Notes under the pieces: model-generated
Databases searched by the model: none
Told to the model about the DNA's origin: nothing
What the model saw: the letters and a program-made list of their open reading frames with translations, nothing else
Part shown: positions 23,061 through 31,570 of the stretch, one piece after another
How the letters are laid out: each line of letters starts with the position of its first letter
Numbering within the stretch: the first letter of the stretch is position 1
Made by a program: the position numbers and the translations under genes
From: an uncultured Pseudomonadales bacterium
Lineage (GTDB): Bacteria > Patescibacteriota > Microgenomatia > UBA1400 > RBG-16-45-19
Assembly: GCA_964557365.1 (NCBI GenBank)
Contig: CAZKZW010000004.1
Coordinates: 1-32,097 of the forward strand
Reading direction: 5' to 3'
Length of the DNA stretch: 32,097 bases

Positions 23061-23228
23061 ATGAAAGAAGATGGAGTAACAATAACGTCATTCAACGAGG
23101 CGTTTGAAGTAACTGGAGAAAAGTCAGCAAATTTAGGCCAGTTCGCACAGGCGTTGATGGTAAACTTGGAGAATTTTTATGAAGAAGTTCCGTACAGCGA
23201 GAGTTCGTTAAGATTCTCAAAAAATTAA
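23061..23228 (+). CDS. Small hypothetical acidic protein (55 aa), below the ORF-track cutoff
   Basis: Hand-translated: MKEDGVTITSFNEAFEVTGEKSANLGQFAQALMVNLENFYEEVPYSESSLRFSKN*. AAGGAA lies 4 nt upstream. It starts 8 nt after the previous ORF. Its stop overlaps the recJ stop by 4 nt. Confidence 0.4.
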   Translation: MKEDGVTITSFNEAFEVTGEKSANLGQFAQALMVNLENFYEEVPYSESSLRFSKN

Positions 23229-24892
23229 GTTTTGGCAATGTGATTTATATCTTTTACGATGAGCTGGAGGGAGGTTTTTCCCCTCCAGCTGTTGAGATTG
23301 ATGGTGCCGGCAAGAAAGATTTTTGTTTCGGGAGGATACGTTTCTACATTATTATGGTTAAACCAAATAGCTGGAAGCACTATGCTAGATGACTTGTTGG
23401 TAATCGTGAGTTTGAGATGTTTCCCCTCTTTTCCTAATGCATGAGCAGTCTTCACCACTGCTTCAACTGCAATGATTGGGTGAGGATTACCAATTCCAAA
23501 TGGCTGAAGTGCTTCGATGGCTTGATAAAGCGATTCCGTGATATCTTCGAGATTCATTTGAACATCAATAGATAGTGTTGGGACAAGCAAGGTTTCATTA
23601 ATTGTTTGATTGGCAGTGAGGGTAATCGCATTTTTGAATAATTCGATTTTTTCGGTCATGATCGAAAACCCAGCTGCCATGGGATGACCACCAACTCCCT
23701 CCAATAAATCACTATGTGTCCGGATAAGCTCGGTAATGTTGACCCCCATAATCGATCGGGCTGAAGCTTTGGAAATTCCCTGTTTGCGGCTAATGATGAT
23801 GGTGGGTCGGTAGTGGGTTTCCACCAATTTACCCGCAATTAAACCAATTACTCCCTCATGAAATTCAGCATCATCCAAAACAATGATTTTTTGATTTGTT
23901 TCTAAATTAATAAGTTGTTCTTTGGCACGATCCAATAAATCTTGGGTTAAGTCTTGACGATTTCGATTGGTTGATCCAAGCGTATCTGCGAGTTCGATGG
24001 CGCGATCTTTTTTTCTGGTACACAAGAGTCGGAGCGAATCTAAAGCATGTTCTAACCGTCCCATAGCGTTGAGGCGTGGAGCAATAATATAGTTAACATG
24101 ATAGGGTGTGAGTGATTCTCTCTCATCGATCCGGGCCTCGGAAAAAAGAGCTTGAATCCCAGGTCGATGAGTTTTCTTTAGTGCAAGAAGGCCAAAGGAA
24201 ACAATACTTCGATTGGCTCTGGTAAGCGGCATCATATCGGAGATGGTGCCGATGCACGCCAGGTCAAGTGTTGCTGATGCAGCTTGTGGTGAAAGTGTTT
24301 TGGTAATCATCCATGCCACTCCCGCGCCACAAAGATCCGTGGTGTGAACAACCGCATCAGCGTGAGGTATTTCTTCACCCGGCTGATGATGGTCGGTAAC
24401 AATAACGGAAATATTCTTGGCTTTGGCCCAATCCACCGCTTCATTAGCCACAATTCCATTGTCAACGGTGATGAGGAGAGGGTTTTTAGAATCGGCGGAA
24501 AGGAGAGAAAGGGCGTCTTCGAGGCCTTTTGTCGAAAGGCCATATCCGTGAATTTCCCGGCTGGGAATAAAGGGGTAGGCGGTAGCGCCCAATGAAGTTA
24601 ATGTTTCCCACATGATGGCAGTGGCGGTGATTCCATCTGCATCATAATCGCCAAAAATAATGATGGGCTGTTTGTTGGTAATTGCTTGAGTGATTATAGT
24701 AACGGCCTGAGCAAGTTGTTGCGGATTAATTCCTGTATCTTCTGGAGAAATTTTGTTTGGTTCCAAAGGGTGAAGAAAAATATCAATATCTGATTGATTG
24801 TTTAGACCGCGGTTGTTGAGAATTGCAGAGATGATGGCGGATTCCCGATCTTCTCTCTCTGAATCTAGATTTAATTGAATATTCCATTGCAT
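23225..24892 (-). CDS. recJ: Single-stranded-DNA-specific exonuclease RecJ
   Basis: DHH-family motifs IIIFGDYDADGITA, VTDHH and GGHPMAAG (DHHA1), plus a C-terminal OB-like region. Confidence 0.93.
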   Translation of the reverse strand: MQWNIQLNLDSEREDRESAIISAILNNRGLNNQSDIDIFLHPLEPNKISPEDTGINPQQLAQAVTIITQAITNKQPIIIFGDYDADGITATAIMWETLTSLGATAYPFIPSREIHGYGLSTKGLEDALSLLSADSKNPLLITVDNGIVANEAVDWAKAKNISVIVTDHHQPGEEIPHADAVVHTTDLCGAGVAWMITKTLSPQAASATLDLACIGTISDMMPLTRANRSIVSFGLLALKKTHRPGIQALFSEARIDERESLTPYHVNYIIAPRLNAMGRLEHALDSLRLLCTRKKDRAIELADTLGSTNRNRQDLTQDLLDRAKEQLINLETNQKIIVLDDAEFHEGVIGLIAGKLVETHYRPTIIISRKQGISKASARSIMGVNITELIRTHSDLLEGVGGHPMAAGFSIMTEKIELFKNAITLTANQTINETLLVPTLSIDVQMNLEDITESLYQAIEALQPFGIGNPHPIIAVEAVVKTAHALGKEGKHLKLTITNKSSSIVLPAIWFNHNNVETYPPETKIFLAGTINLNSWRGKTSLQLIVKDINHIAKT

Positions 24893-24900
24893 AGTGATTT

Positions 24901-24952
24901 ATCTTATGGAGCTGGCTTCCAAAATGCAAAGAGCAATTTGCCTTGGTACAAT
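24901..24952. promoter_or_regulatory. Mirror-symmetric divergent promoter pair (recJ / cca) sharing one -35 position
   Basis: Minus strand: TTGCAT (24929-24), 17 nt, TAAGAT (24906-01), 8 nt, ATG 24892. Plus strand: ATGCAA (24924-29), 17 nt, TGgTACAAT (TG 24944-45, hexamer 24947-52), 8 nt, ATG 24961. Confidence 0.5.
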
Positions 24953-24960
24953 AGATGTAG

Positions 24961-26409
24961 ATGAATTTATTGTTATCACAACCAGTTTTATATGTATTGT
25001 ACGCACTCCAAAAAGCAGGTTTTGAAGCCACGGTAGTGGGTGGTGCGGTTCGAGACATTTTATTGGGTCGACCCACAACCGATTGGGACTTCACTACCAA
25101 TGCAAAACCTGATGAAATTATGCGCGTTTTTCCACACCATTTTTATACCAATGCATTTGGTACGGTTGGTCTTCCCTTTGCAGGCTTGCTCAAAGAAATG
25201 AAGGCTGCAGGATGGCATGTAAATGATGAGCTTGTTTCTGATCCTCTCTGGATAGATCAAATTATCGATGTTACCACGTACCGGTTTGAGTCAGGCTATA
25301 CCGATAACCGTCGACCGGATCAAGTGACTTGGGGAACCCGACTGATTGATGATGTGGCTCGGCGTGATTTTACTATCAATGCTTTGGCATTATCAATAGA
25401 CCAACAACAACTAGAACAGGGCATTCATGAGCGAATGAGCGAAGTCCAAGTGGAGGTAGTGGACCACTTTAATGGCGAACAAGATTTAGCTAATCACACC
25501 ATTCGAGCAGTAGGCAATCCAGCTGAACGATTTCAGGAGGATGCATTGCGAATGATGCGAGCAATTAGACTGGGGGCACAGCTAGGTTTTACTATTGAGG
25601 CTGAAACTCTCAAGGCAATTCAGGATAACGCAGGACTTATTGAACGGATTAGTGGGGAACGCATTCGGGATGAATTATTTAAACTGCTAAAATCAGATTA
25701 TCCTGCTGAAGGAATTCAGTTGCTGGTAAATTCCGGATTACTTCAATTTATTCTTCCTGAATTGCTGCCCATGAAGGGCGTCAAACAAGGAGGTCATCAT
25801 ATTTATGACGTGTGGGACCATAGCATTGAGGCGTTGCGAGGGTGCCCTAGTACTGACGCTTTGGTTCGATTTGCAGCATTACTTCATGATGTGGGAAAGC
25901 CAAAGACAGTGAGGTATCAGGGGCCACGCGGAGTCACCTTTTATGGCCATGAGGTGGTTGGAGCACGAATGGCACGTGTTATCGCTGAACGGCTCAAGTT
26001 ACCAACTCATCAAAAAGAAAAACTTGTAACATTGGTACGCTGGCATATGTTCGTATATGATTCTCAGATGACTGATGGTGCAATTCGCCGATTTATCAAA
26101 AATGTTGGATTGGAAAATATTAACGACATGATGTTGTTGCGGGTTGGTGACCGAAAAGGAGGAGGAAGTAAATCAACCTCTTGGCGACTGACTGAGTTAC
26201 AGCAACGGATTGGTGAGCAATTGTATGAACCGATGAGTCTGAAAGATATGGCTATAAATGGAAATGATTTAATGACTGATTTACATGTAAACCCTGGTCC
26301 CCAGATGGGAAAAATCTTAAATACTTTGTTTGATGAAGTGATTGAGGATAGCGCGAAAAATACTCGAGAATATCTTTTATCGCGTGCAAAAGAACTAAAC
26401 GAAACCTAA
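24961..26409 (+). CDS. cca: CCA-adding tRNA nucleotidyltransferase with HD domain
   Basis: GGAVRDILLGRPTTDWDFTT head-domain motif, RRDFTINALA, ERIRDEL, and HD-domain LLHDVGKP. It could alternatively be a CC- or A-adding or poly(A) polymerase subtype. Confidence 0.85.
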   Translation: MNLLLSQPVLYVLYALQKAGFEATVVGGAVRDILLGRPTTDWDFTTNAKPDEIMRVFPHHFYTNAFGTVGLPFAGLLKEMKAAGWHVNDELVSDPLWIDQIIDVTTYRFESGYTDNRRPDQVTWGTRLIDDVARRDFTINALALSIDQQQLEQGIHERMSEVQVEVVDHFNGEQDLANHTIRAVGNPAERFQEDALRMMRAIRLGAQLGFTIEAETLKAIQDNAGLIERISGERIRDELFKLLKSDYPAEGIQLLVNSGLLQFILPELLPMKGVKQGGHHIYDVWDHSIEALRGCPSTDALVRFAALLHDVGKPKTVRYQGPRGVTFYGHEVVGARMARVIAERLKLPTHQKEKLVTLVRWHMFVYDSQMTDGAIRRFIKNVGLENINDMMLLRVGDRKGGGSKSTSWRLTELQQRIGEQLYEPMSLKDMAINGNDLMTDLHVNPGPQMGKILNTLFDEVIEDSAKNTREYLLSRAKELNET

Positions 26410-26417
26410 CAGGGGAA

Positions 26418-27314
26418 TTATTTTCTCTTTTTTGTAAAAAGGTTATCCCAGAGAATGAGTAATGGAGCGGCAGTAAAGGTGCTGGAATACGTACCCGTGA
26501 TTGTGCCAACTAAAAGAGCAAACACAAACCATTTGGTAGTCTCTCCACCCATCAACCAAAGCGATAACAACATAAAAATAATTGTCATAGAATTATTAAT
26601 TGAACGAGTTAAGGTTTCGTTTACCGCTTTATTAATGAGATCTATTGATTTAGCCCGAGGGAAATTCTTTTTACTTTCACGAATCCGATCATAAACTACA
26701 ATCGTGTCATGAACAGAAAATGACAATATAGTAAGGAGAGCTGTCACGAATAGCGTATCAACTTCCACACCTTTGAAATGACCCAGAACTGAGAACGCGC
26801 CCAATAACACAACACTGTCATGGAACATGGCAATAATTGCACACACTCCATACTTCACATTCTTAAAGCGATACGCAACATAACTCAAAATTATGCTTGC
26901 GGAAAGAATAATAGCAGCGACTGTTTTTTGTAGCAATTCTTTACCCAACGTTGGACCCATGGTCTCGAACCGAAGTTCTTCGACTGATCCAAATTGAGTG
27001 GTTAGTTGTTGTTTGTAGGCTTCGTTTTGATCTTTGGAGATAGGTTTCGTGCGCAGAACATAACTGTTGTTGGTTGTATATTGAATGCTGACGATCTGAA
27101 TGTCAGTCCCTGCATTTTGCCGCAATATATCTTCTGTGATGTTGGGGGAATTTGGAAATCGTAATTCAATAAGTGAACCACCAGTAAAATCGATGGCTGG
27201 AGTTAAACCGTAACGGATTAAGCTATAAGTTCCTGGAATAATCACGCAGAGCGAAATTATAAAATAGATGACATAATGTTTCATGAAGTTGATTGGTTTA
27301 CCCTGGTATGTCAT
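26418..27314 (-). CDS. secF: Protein translocase subunit SecF
   Basis: IDFTGGSLIELRF motif and six-TM SecDF-type core. The ATG at 27314 forms an ATGA overlap with the secD stop (27311-13). The track's 54-aa extension lies inside secD. Confidence 0.9.
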   Translation of the reverse strand: MTYQGKPINFMKHYVIYFIISLCVIIPGTYSLIRYGLTPAIDFTGGSLIELRFPNSPNITEDILRQNAGTDIQIVSIQYTTNNSYVLRTKPISKDQNEAYKQQLTTQFGSVEELRFETMGPTLGKELLQKTVAAIILSASIILSYVAYRFKNVKYGVCAIIAMFHDSVVLLGAFSVLGHFKGVEVDTLFVTALLTILSFSVHDTIVVYDRIRESKKNFPRAKSIDLINKAVNETLTRSINNSMTIIFMLLSLWLMGGETTKWFVFALLVGTITGTYSSTFTAAPLLILWDNLFTKKRK

Positions 27315-28678
27315 ACTGTTTTCTTTCTCGCAACTACTTTTGCACCTCGTGGACGATAGAATAACCGCATTAAGGTTCGGGTAACTACAATGCCGGTGAA
27401 TAAACTGGTTATCACTCCAAGACTTAGGGTGAGTGCGAAGCCGCGAACCATACCTGAACTGTTTAAAAATTGCCAATCAAGCGGATTAAAAAGAATGAAT
27501 GAAGTGATAAGTGTGGCTATATTAGCATCTTTAATACTGTCCCAGGCTCGCCCAAATCCTAGCTCCATACTTGTCTGCCAAGGTTTTCCCATGCGCAATT
27601 CTTCTTTCATTCGTTCGAAAATTAGAATATTGGAATCAACTGCCATACCGACTGAGAGGATAAATCCAGCTAACCCAGGTAATGTCAGCGTAACGGGAAT
27701 GAGTTTGTAGAGTGCAAGGGTAAGGAGGCCATACACAACCAGCGCAACATCCGCAAGGAAGCCTTGAAAACCATAGAGGAGAATCATAAACAACATCACC
27801 ATACCCAAGCCGATTAATCCAGCGCGTAAACTTCGATTGACAGAATCTTGTCCAAGCGAAGCACCTACATTTTGTTGTTCAAGAATTTCTATTGGAACAG
27901 GCAAAGCCCCTGCGTTTAATTGAATACTGAGGTTTTTTGCTTCTTCCAAGGTAAATTGACCAGTAATCACTGCTTCACCACCCGTGATATGTGAATTCAC
28001 TTTTGGAATGGTGACGGGTAATTCATCAAGAAATATCCCGACTGGCTTTTCAATATTCCGTCCCGTTATGTCGGCAAATAGTTTTGTTCCTTCTTCGTTA
28101 AAAGTAATGCTAACTTCAGGTTTGCCAGCTTGATCAAACGAAACGGCTGCTTTTTTTAAATGCTGGCCTGTCAGAGATGTGGTTTGAAAATCCGTCAGGA
28201 AGGCTGCTTGAGTGGCGCCCGGAGTGAGTTCGCGAAAATCAAGCTGAGCGGTTTTTCCAATAAGATCAAGTGCTTGATTAATATCCTTAATGCCAGGTAA
28301 TTCAACCACAATACGATATTCATCACCGGTGGTACTGGTCTGAATAACTGGTTCTGACACACCGAATAAATCAACGCGACGGGCAATAATATTTTTTGAA
28401 GAATCCAACGCAGATTGACGATCTTCTGACTTGATATTAGTCATATCAGCACGCAAAACCACATGGGTACCACCTTGCAAATCTAAGCCCTTTTTAATAT
28501 TGAATTCTGTGGCGATTCGTTTACCAAATAGAGTGAAGTCAAACTTTGGTCGACGGATAATGGTATCAACTTTAACTGAACCTACATTTACCTTAACAGG
28601 AATTTCCTGAGGCATATCTATAACAAGAGCTATAAAAACCAAGCAGATAATTATGGTAAATAATCGTTTTGGGTTCAT
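27311..28678 (-). CDS. secD: Protein translocase subunit SecD
   Basis: N-terminal TM, periplasmic-type domain with KGLDLQGGTHVVL, and a C-terminal multi-TM core (AGFILSVGMAVDSNILIFERMKEE). Confidence 0.9.
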   Translation of the reverse strand: MNPKRLFTIIICLVFIALVIDMPQEIPVKVNVGSVKVDTIIRRPKFDFTLFGKRIATEFNIKKGLDLQGGTHVVLRADMTNIKSEDRQSALDSSKNIIARRVDLFGVSEPVIQTSTTGDEYRIVVELPGIKDINQALDLIGKTAQLDFRELTPGATQAAFLTDFQTTSLTGQHLKKAAVSFDQAGKPEVSITFNEEGTKLFADITGRNIEKPVGIFLDELPVTIPKVNSHITGGEAVITGQFTLEEAKNLSIQLNAGALPVPIEILEQQNVGASLGQDSVNRSLRAGLIGLGMVMLFMILLYGFQGFLADVALVVYGLLTLALYKLIPVTLTLPGLAGFILSVGMAVDSNILIFERMKEELRMGKPWQTSMELGFGRAWDSIKDANIATLITSFILFNPLDWQFLNSSGMVRGFALTLSLGVITSLFTGIVVTRTLMRLFYRPRGAKVVARKKTV

Positions 28679-28690
28679 GAAAGTATTTCG

Positions 28691-28882
28691 TTATACAAGG
28701 TTTAATTGACGTATAGTCGGAAACGTGTAGGTAATTTTTCCTTGCTCATAATTAATGGTTACTTCAACAGGATCCCCCGCTTGAATGCCTGTTCGATTGA
28801 CAAATTTTGCGGGAATAACCACCGCCATAGAGTTGCCTGTACGAACGACATGTTTGGCTTGCGCCAGAGATTCTTCAAGCAT
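28691..28882 (-). CDS. AbrB/MazE/SpoVT-family swapped-hairpin DNA-binding protein (63 aa)
   Basis: VVRTGNSMAVVIPAKFVNRTGIQAGDPVEV matches the SpoVT-AbrB pattern. The start shares 1 nt with the upstream stop (TAATG). Confidence 0.75.
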   Translation of the reverse strand: MLEESLAQAKHVVRTGNSMAVVIPAKFVNRTGIQAGDPVEVTINYEQGKITYTFPTIRQLNLV

Positions 28883-29484
28883 TATTCCACCTCCGGACCG
28901 GCTTTGTCTACCAGCCCTTCCTCATCACCAATAATCATAATTCGAGAGCGAGAAAGGATACCAAGGAGAAAGGGATCGCGACGACTTTTTCGGAAGATGA
29001 ATTCTTCCTGATTCATCACGGTATAATTGATTTCTGTTTCTCTTCTCGTTTCTTCTTTTTTTATTAACTCGTTTAGTTTTTCAAGATTAATATTTCCCAC
29101 AAGCAGCAGATCAATTTCGCCTTTTTCTCTCGATTTATTTCGGGCATATTTTCCAGAGAGCATGGCAAATTTTATCTTACCCAATTCTTTACGGTTATCC
29201 CGGATAGCAGCACCGATTCCTACCGATTTGGCCACGATACTTAAGATATCCTCACCATAATCATAGTTTAGATTTGCTTGGTAATAGACGCGATTCCCTC
29301 GTTTTTCTTTGAGGATAATTCCAGCGTGATCGAGATGATCTAATTCGCGTCTAACTGCATTAATTTCTTCACCACTCATGCGGGTGAGTTCCCGGACATA
29401 AAACATTTGCTGAGGATTATCGAACAATAAACACAGCAGTTCGTTTCGAACCCGGGAGATGATAAAGTCACGCATTTGCGACAT
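28882..29484 (-). CDS. Winged-helix (ArsR-like) regulator fused to a minimal nucleotidyltransferase-like domain (200 aa)
   Basis: N-terminal wHTH (FYVRELTRMSGEEINAVRRELDHLDHAGIILKEKRGNRVYY). C-terminal SGKYARNKSREKGEIDLLLVG resembles the G[SG]-x9-13-[DE]h[DE]h NTase motif. Strong GGAGG SD 4 nt before the ATG. Confidence 0.7.
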   Translation of the reverse strand: MSQMRDFIISRVRNELLCLLFDNPQQMFYVRELTRMSGEEINAVRRELDHLDHAGIILKEKRGNRVYYQANLNYDYGEDILSIVAKSVGIGAAIRDNRKELGKIKFAMLSGKYARNKSREKGEIDLLLVGNINLEKLNELIKKEETRRETEINYTVMNQEEFIFRKSRRDPFLLGILSRSRIMIIGDEEGLVDKAGPEVE

Positions 29485-29563
29485 ACACCCTCCACTTTTT
29501 ATTCAACATGATGGGCAGATGTTAGCCACATTGTACACCAAAAGTATTCACTTTTTACTTGGG

Positions 29564-30802
29564 TTATTGTGGGTAATTTACTGCTGTGCTGGTATCAATG
29601 ATGGAAACCCAAATTCGACCACGATTGAATTTGATTTCTTCACCTTTCTTGTTAGTAAAGATGGTTCGATCAGTCCGTGATTTTTTAGACCAATTACCTT
29701 CGATGACTTTTCCATCTTGGAAGATGAGTGCTTTACCATCACCGATGGTTGTATAAAGCATGTGTTTTAGGGGGTCGACTGGGCCAATTTCCTTAGTGAA
29801 GAGGATGACTACATTTTTGGACCATAATTGCTCTTTGGTTTCTAAATCTGTATGAGCTTCTCCACCAGTTGACCGTTTGTAGGTGTTGGCAGTCTTGTCG
29901 TAATCCCAACGAGCGTCAAATGTCTTGTAACCATCCCAGAAGTCATGAGCGATTGGAGTAATGGCCCCACGTTCAGCTTCAGTTGCATCGTCTTTAAATT
30001 TCCAGGGTTTAAAATCTTTGGTCCATTCAGCTCCATCTGGATCCAAATTGGTCCAACCTCGATCAACGCCAACTGCCCACAGTTTTTCAGTACGACCTTC
30101 GACACTATGCTCAGTGGCTACAGGTTGGCCAGTACGATTCTCATTTCTGATATATGCTTTGGCACCGACAGAAAATTGATCAAGATCATTGCCGGTGGAA
30201 TAACGCCATTCATACTTTACAAGCTGCTCAATTGCCTGTGCCTTTGTGTCTGTTTTACAGGGGCCCATATTGCCGTTGGGAAGTTTTTCTCCACTACAGT
30301 TAGCGCCACCAACATGACCAAATAGAGGTGTCTTGCCATATTCAGAGGCCCAATCGATGAAATAGGTACGAACACTCCGAACAGGAGCAACCACCACGTT
30401 CGATCGAGCTGCATCACAAAGGTATACCGCCATAAAGCGGGTGACACCACCTTCTGCAACTGCCTCATACACCACATCGGCACGATTAATACCAGAATGA
30501 GGTCGGGCATCAGGACTGTTTTCAACCATAATGACGAGTGGACGACGTTTAGCCCAAACACCCGCTTCGGTTTTGGTGTACATGGCACCGTTTAGGGGAC
30601 ACTCTTGATCTTTTGGCTCAGCAGGATCAATTTGTAATCCTTCCATGTTTCCGGTGGGAAGCTTGGAGATATTGGTGGCGGCAATTGTTGATTTTCCCGT
30701 GAGACCAAACACCGCAAACGCAACCCCTGCTGACACCAAATATAGTGCCGCGCCAATGATTAAAAAGGTTTTTTTCGTGAGAGCCATGGATTGCTTCCTC
30801 AT
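29564..30802 (-). CDS. DUF3048 (YerB-like) domain protein, membrane-anchored/secreted
   Basis: N-terminal TM (FLIIGAALYLVSAGVAFAVFGL) and the hallmark MVENSPDARPHSGINRADVVYEAVAEGGVTRFMAVY. Confidence 0.8.
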   Translation of the reverse strand: MRKQSMALTKKTFLIIGAALYLVSAGVAFAVFGLTGKSTIAATNISKLPTGNMEGLQIDPAEPKDQECPLNGAMYTKTEAGVWAKRRPLVIMVENSPDARPHSGINRADVVYEAVAEGGVTRFMAVYLCDAARSNVVVAPVRSVRTYFIDWASEYGKTPLFGHVGGANCSGEKLPNGNMGPCKTDTKAQAIEQLVKYEWRYSTGNDLDQFSVGAKAYIRNENRTGQPVATEHSVEGRTEKLWAVGVDRGWTNLDPDGAEWTKDFKPWKFKDDATEAERGAITPIAHDFWDGYKTFDARWDYDKTANTYKRSTGGEAHTDLETKEQLWSKNVVILFTKEIGPVDPLKHMLYTTIGDGKALIFQDGKVIEGNWSKKSRTDRTIFTNKKGEEIKFNRGRIWVSIIDTSTAVNYPQ

Positions 30803-31272
30803 TTTTGATTAGTATTTCTTGCCGCCTGAAGCGCCTGCCATTCCTCGTCTGAGAAATCGTCGCGCTTAACCCCATCGTCCACCACCTGCTTGGCATAAAG
30901 CCGGGTAGTATTACGACTATGTAGGGATGTAATGACGATACCATTATTCTGATGGTCTAGCAAGCAGAATGAAAAGCTCTGATCCCCTCCCGTGTCTGAA
31001 AAGGGATTAAAGCGGACGAAACCGCTTTTTTGAAAATGAGTTGTTGCTGCTTGTCTCATTTGTTCGATTGCTTGCTGATTTGCTTCTATCTTTTGCGATG
31101 CAACCAATAATGAGTCTGAAAGTTGCCGTAATACTGTGAGAAGATCTTTTTTAGTCACACCTCTTGCCAAATCTCTTAGTATCTGTTTTTCTTTGGCAAT
31201 AAAAATGGTGAGTACAACGCACCAAATTCCAACTAGACCAATACCAATGAACGCAACCGTGGTAAGATTCAT
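30799..31272 (-). CDS. DUF4446 family protein
   Basis: N-terminal TM, then GFVRFNPFSDTGGDQSFSFCLLDHQNNGIVITSLHSRNTTRLYAK, typical of DUF4446. The stop forms an ATGA overlap with the DUF3048 start. The start is taken at the second Met (31272), downstream of TACAAT (31289-84). Confidence 0.75.
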   Translation of the reverse strand: MNLTTVAFIGIGLVGIWCVVLTIFIAKEKQILRDLARGVTKKDLLTVLRQLSDSLLVASQKIEANQQAIEQMRQAATTHFQKSGFVRFNPFSDTGGDQSFSFCLLDHQNNGIVITSLHSRNTTRLYAKQVVDDGVKRDDFSDEEWQALQAARNTNQK

Positions 31273-31310
31273 ACGTATTTCGTATTGTACTATGATAAGA
31301 TTTGAAACGT

Positions 31311-31565
31311 ATGCCAAAGAAACGTACTAAACAACAAAAAATCAGAGCTCAATATCATTACGCCTTTCCTGTAGGACATAGTTTTTCTGGAGTTGAATCT
31401 CAAAAAGATACAGCAGAATTGGTTAGTCCGATCAAAAAAACCGACGATGTATTATCTCTCTATCAATACGATCCTCACTTCATCGTGAAAGATATTCGCT
31501 GGACACTGTTTGTGTCTTTGGTCATTCTTGCGATTCAAATTGGACTGTATATCTGGCTTAAGTAA
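31311..31565 (+). CDS. Small tail-anchored membrane protein (84 aa), hypothetical
   Basis: Basic N-terminus MPKKRTKQQK and C-terminal TM (WTLFVSLVILAIQIGLYIWL). The ATG lies 9 nt after TGaTAAGAT (31293-31301). Confidence 0.5.
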   Translation: MPKKRTKQQKIRAQYHYAFPVGHSFSGVESQKDTAELVSPIKKTDDVLSLYQYDPHFIVKDIRWTLFVSLVILAIQIGLYIWLK

Positions 31566-31570
31566 TTTCT

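Noticed and set aside
27315-27476. 54-aa N-terminal extension of SecF in the track.
   Set aside because: It lies inside the secD coding sequence. The ATG at 27314 makes a classical ATGA overlap with the secD stop and gives a normal-length SecF.
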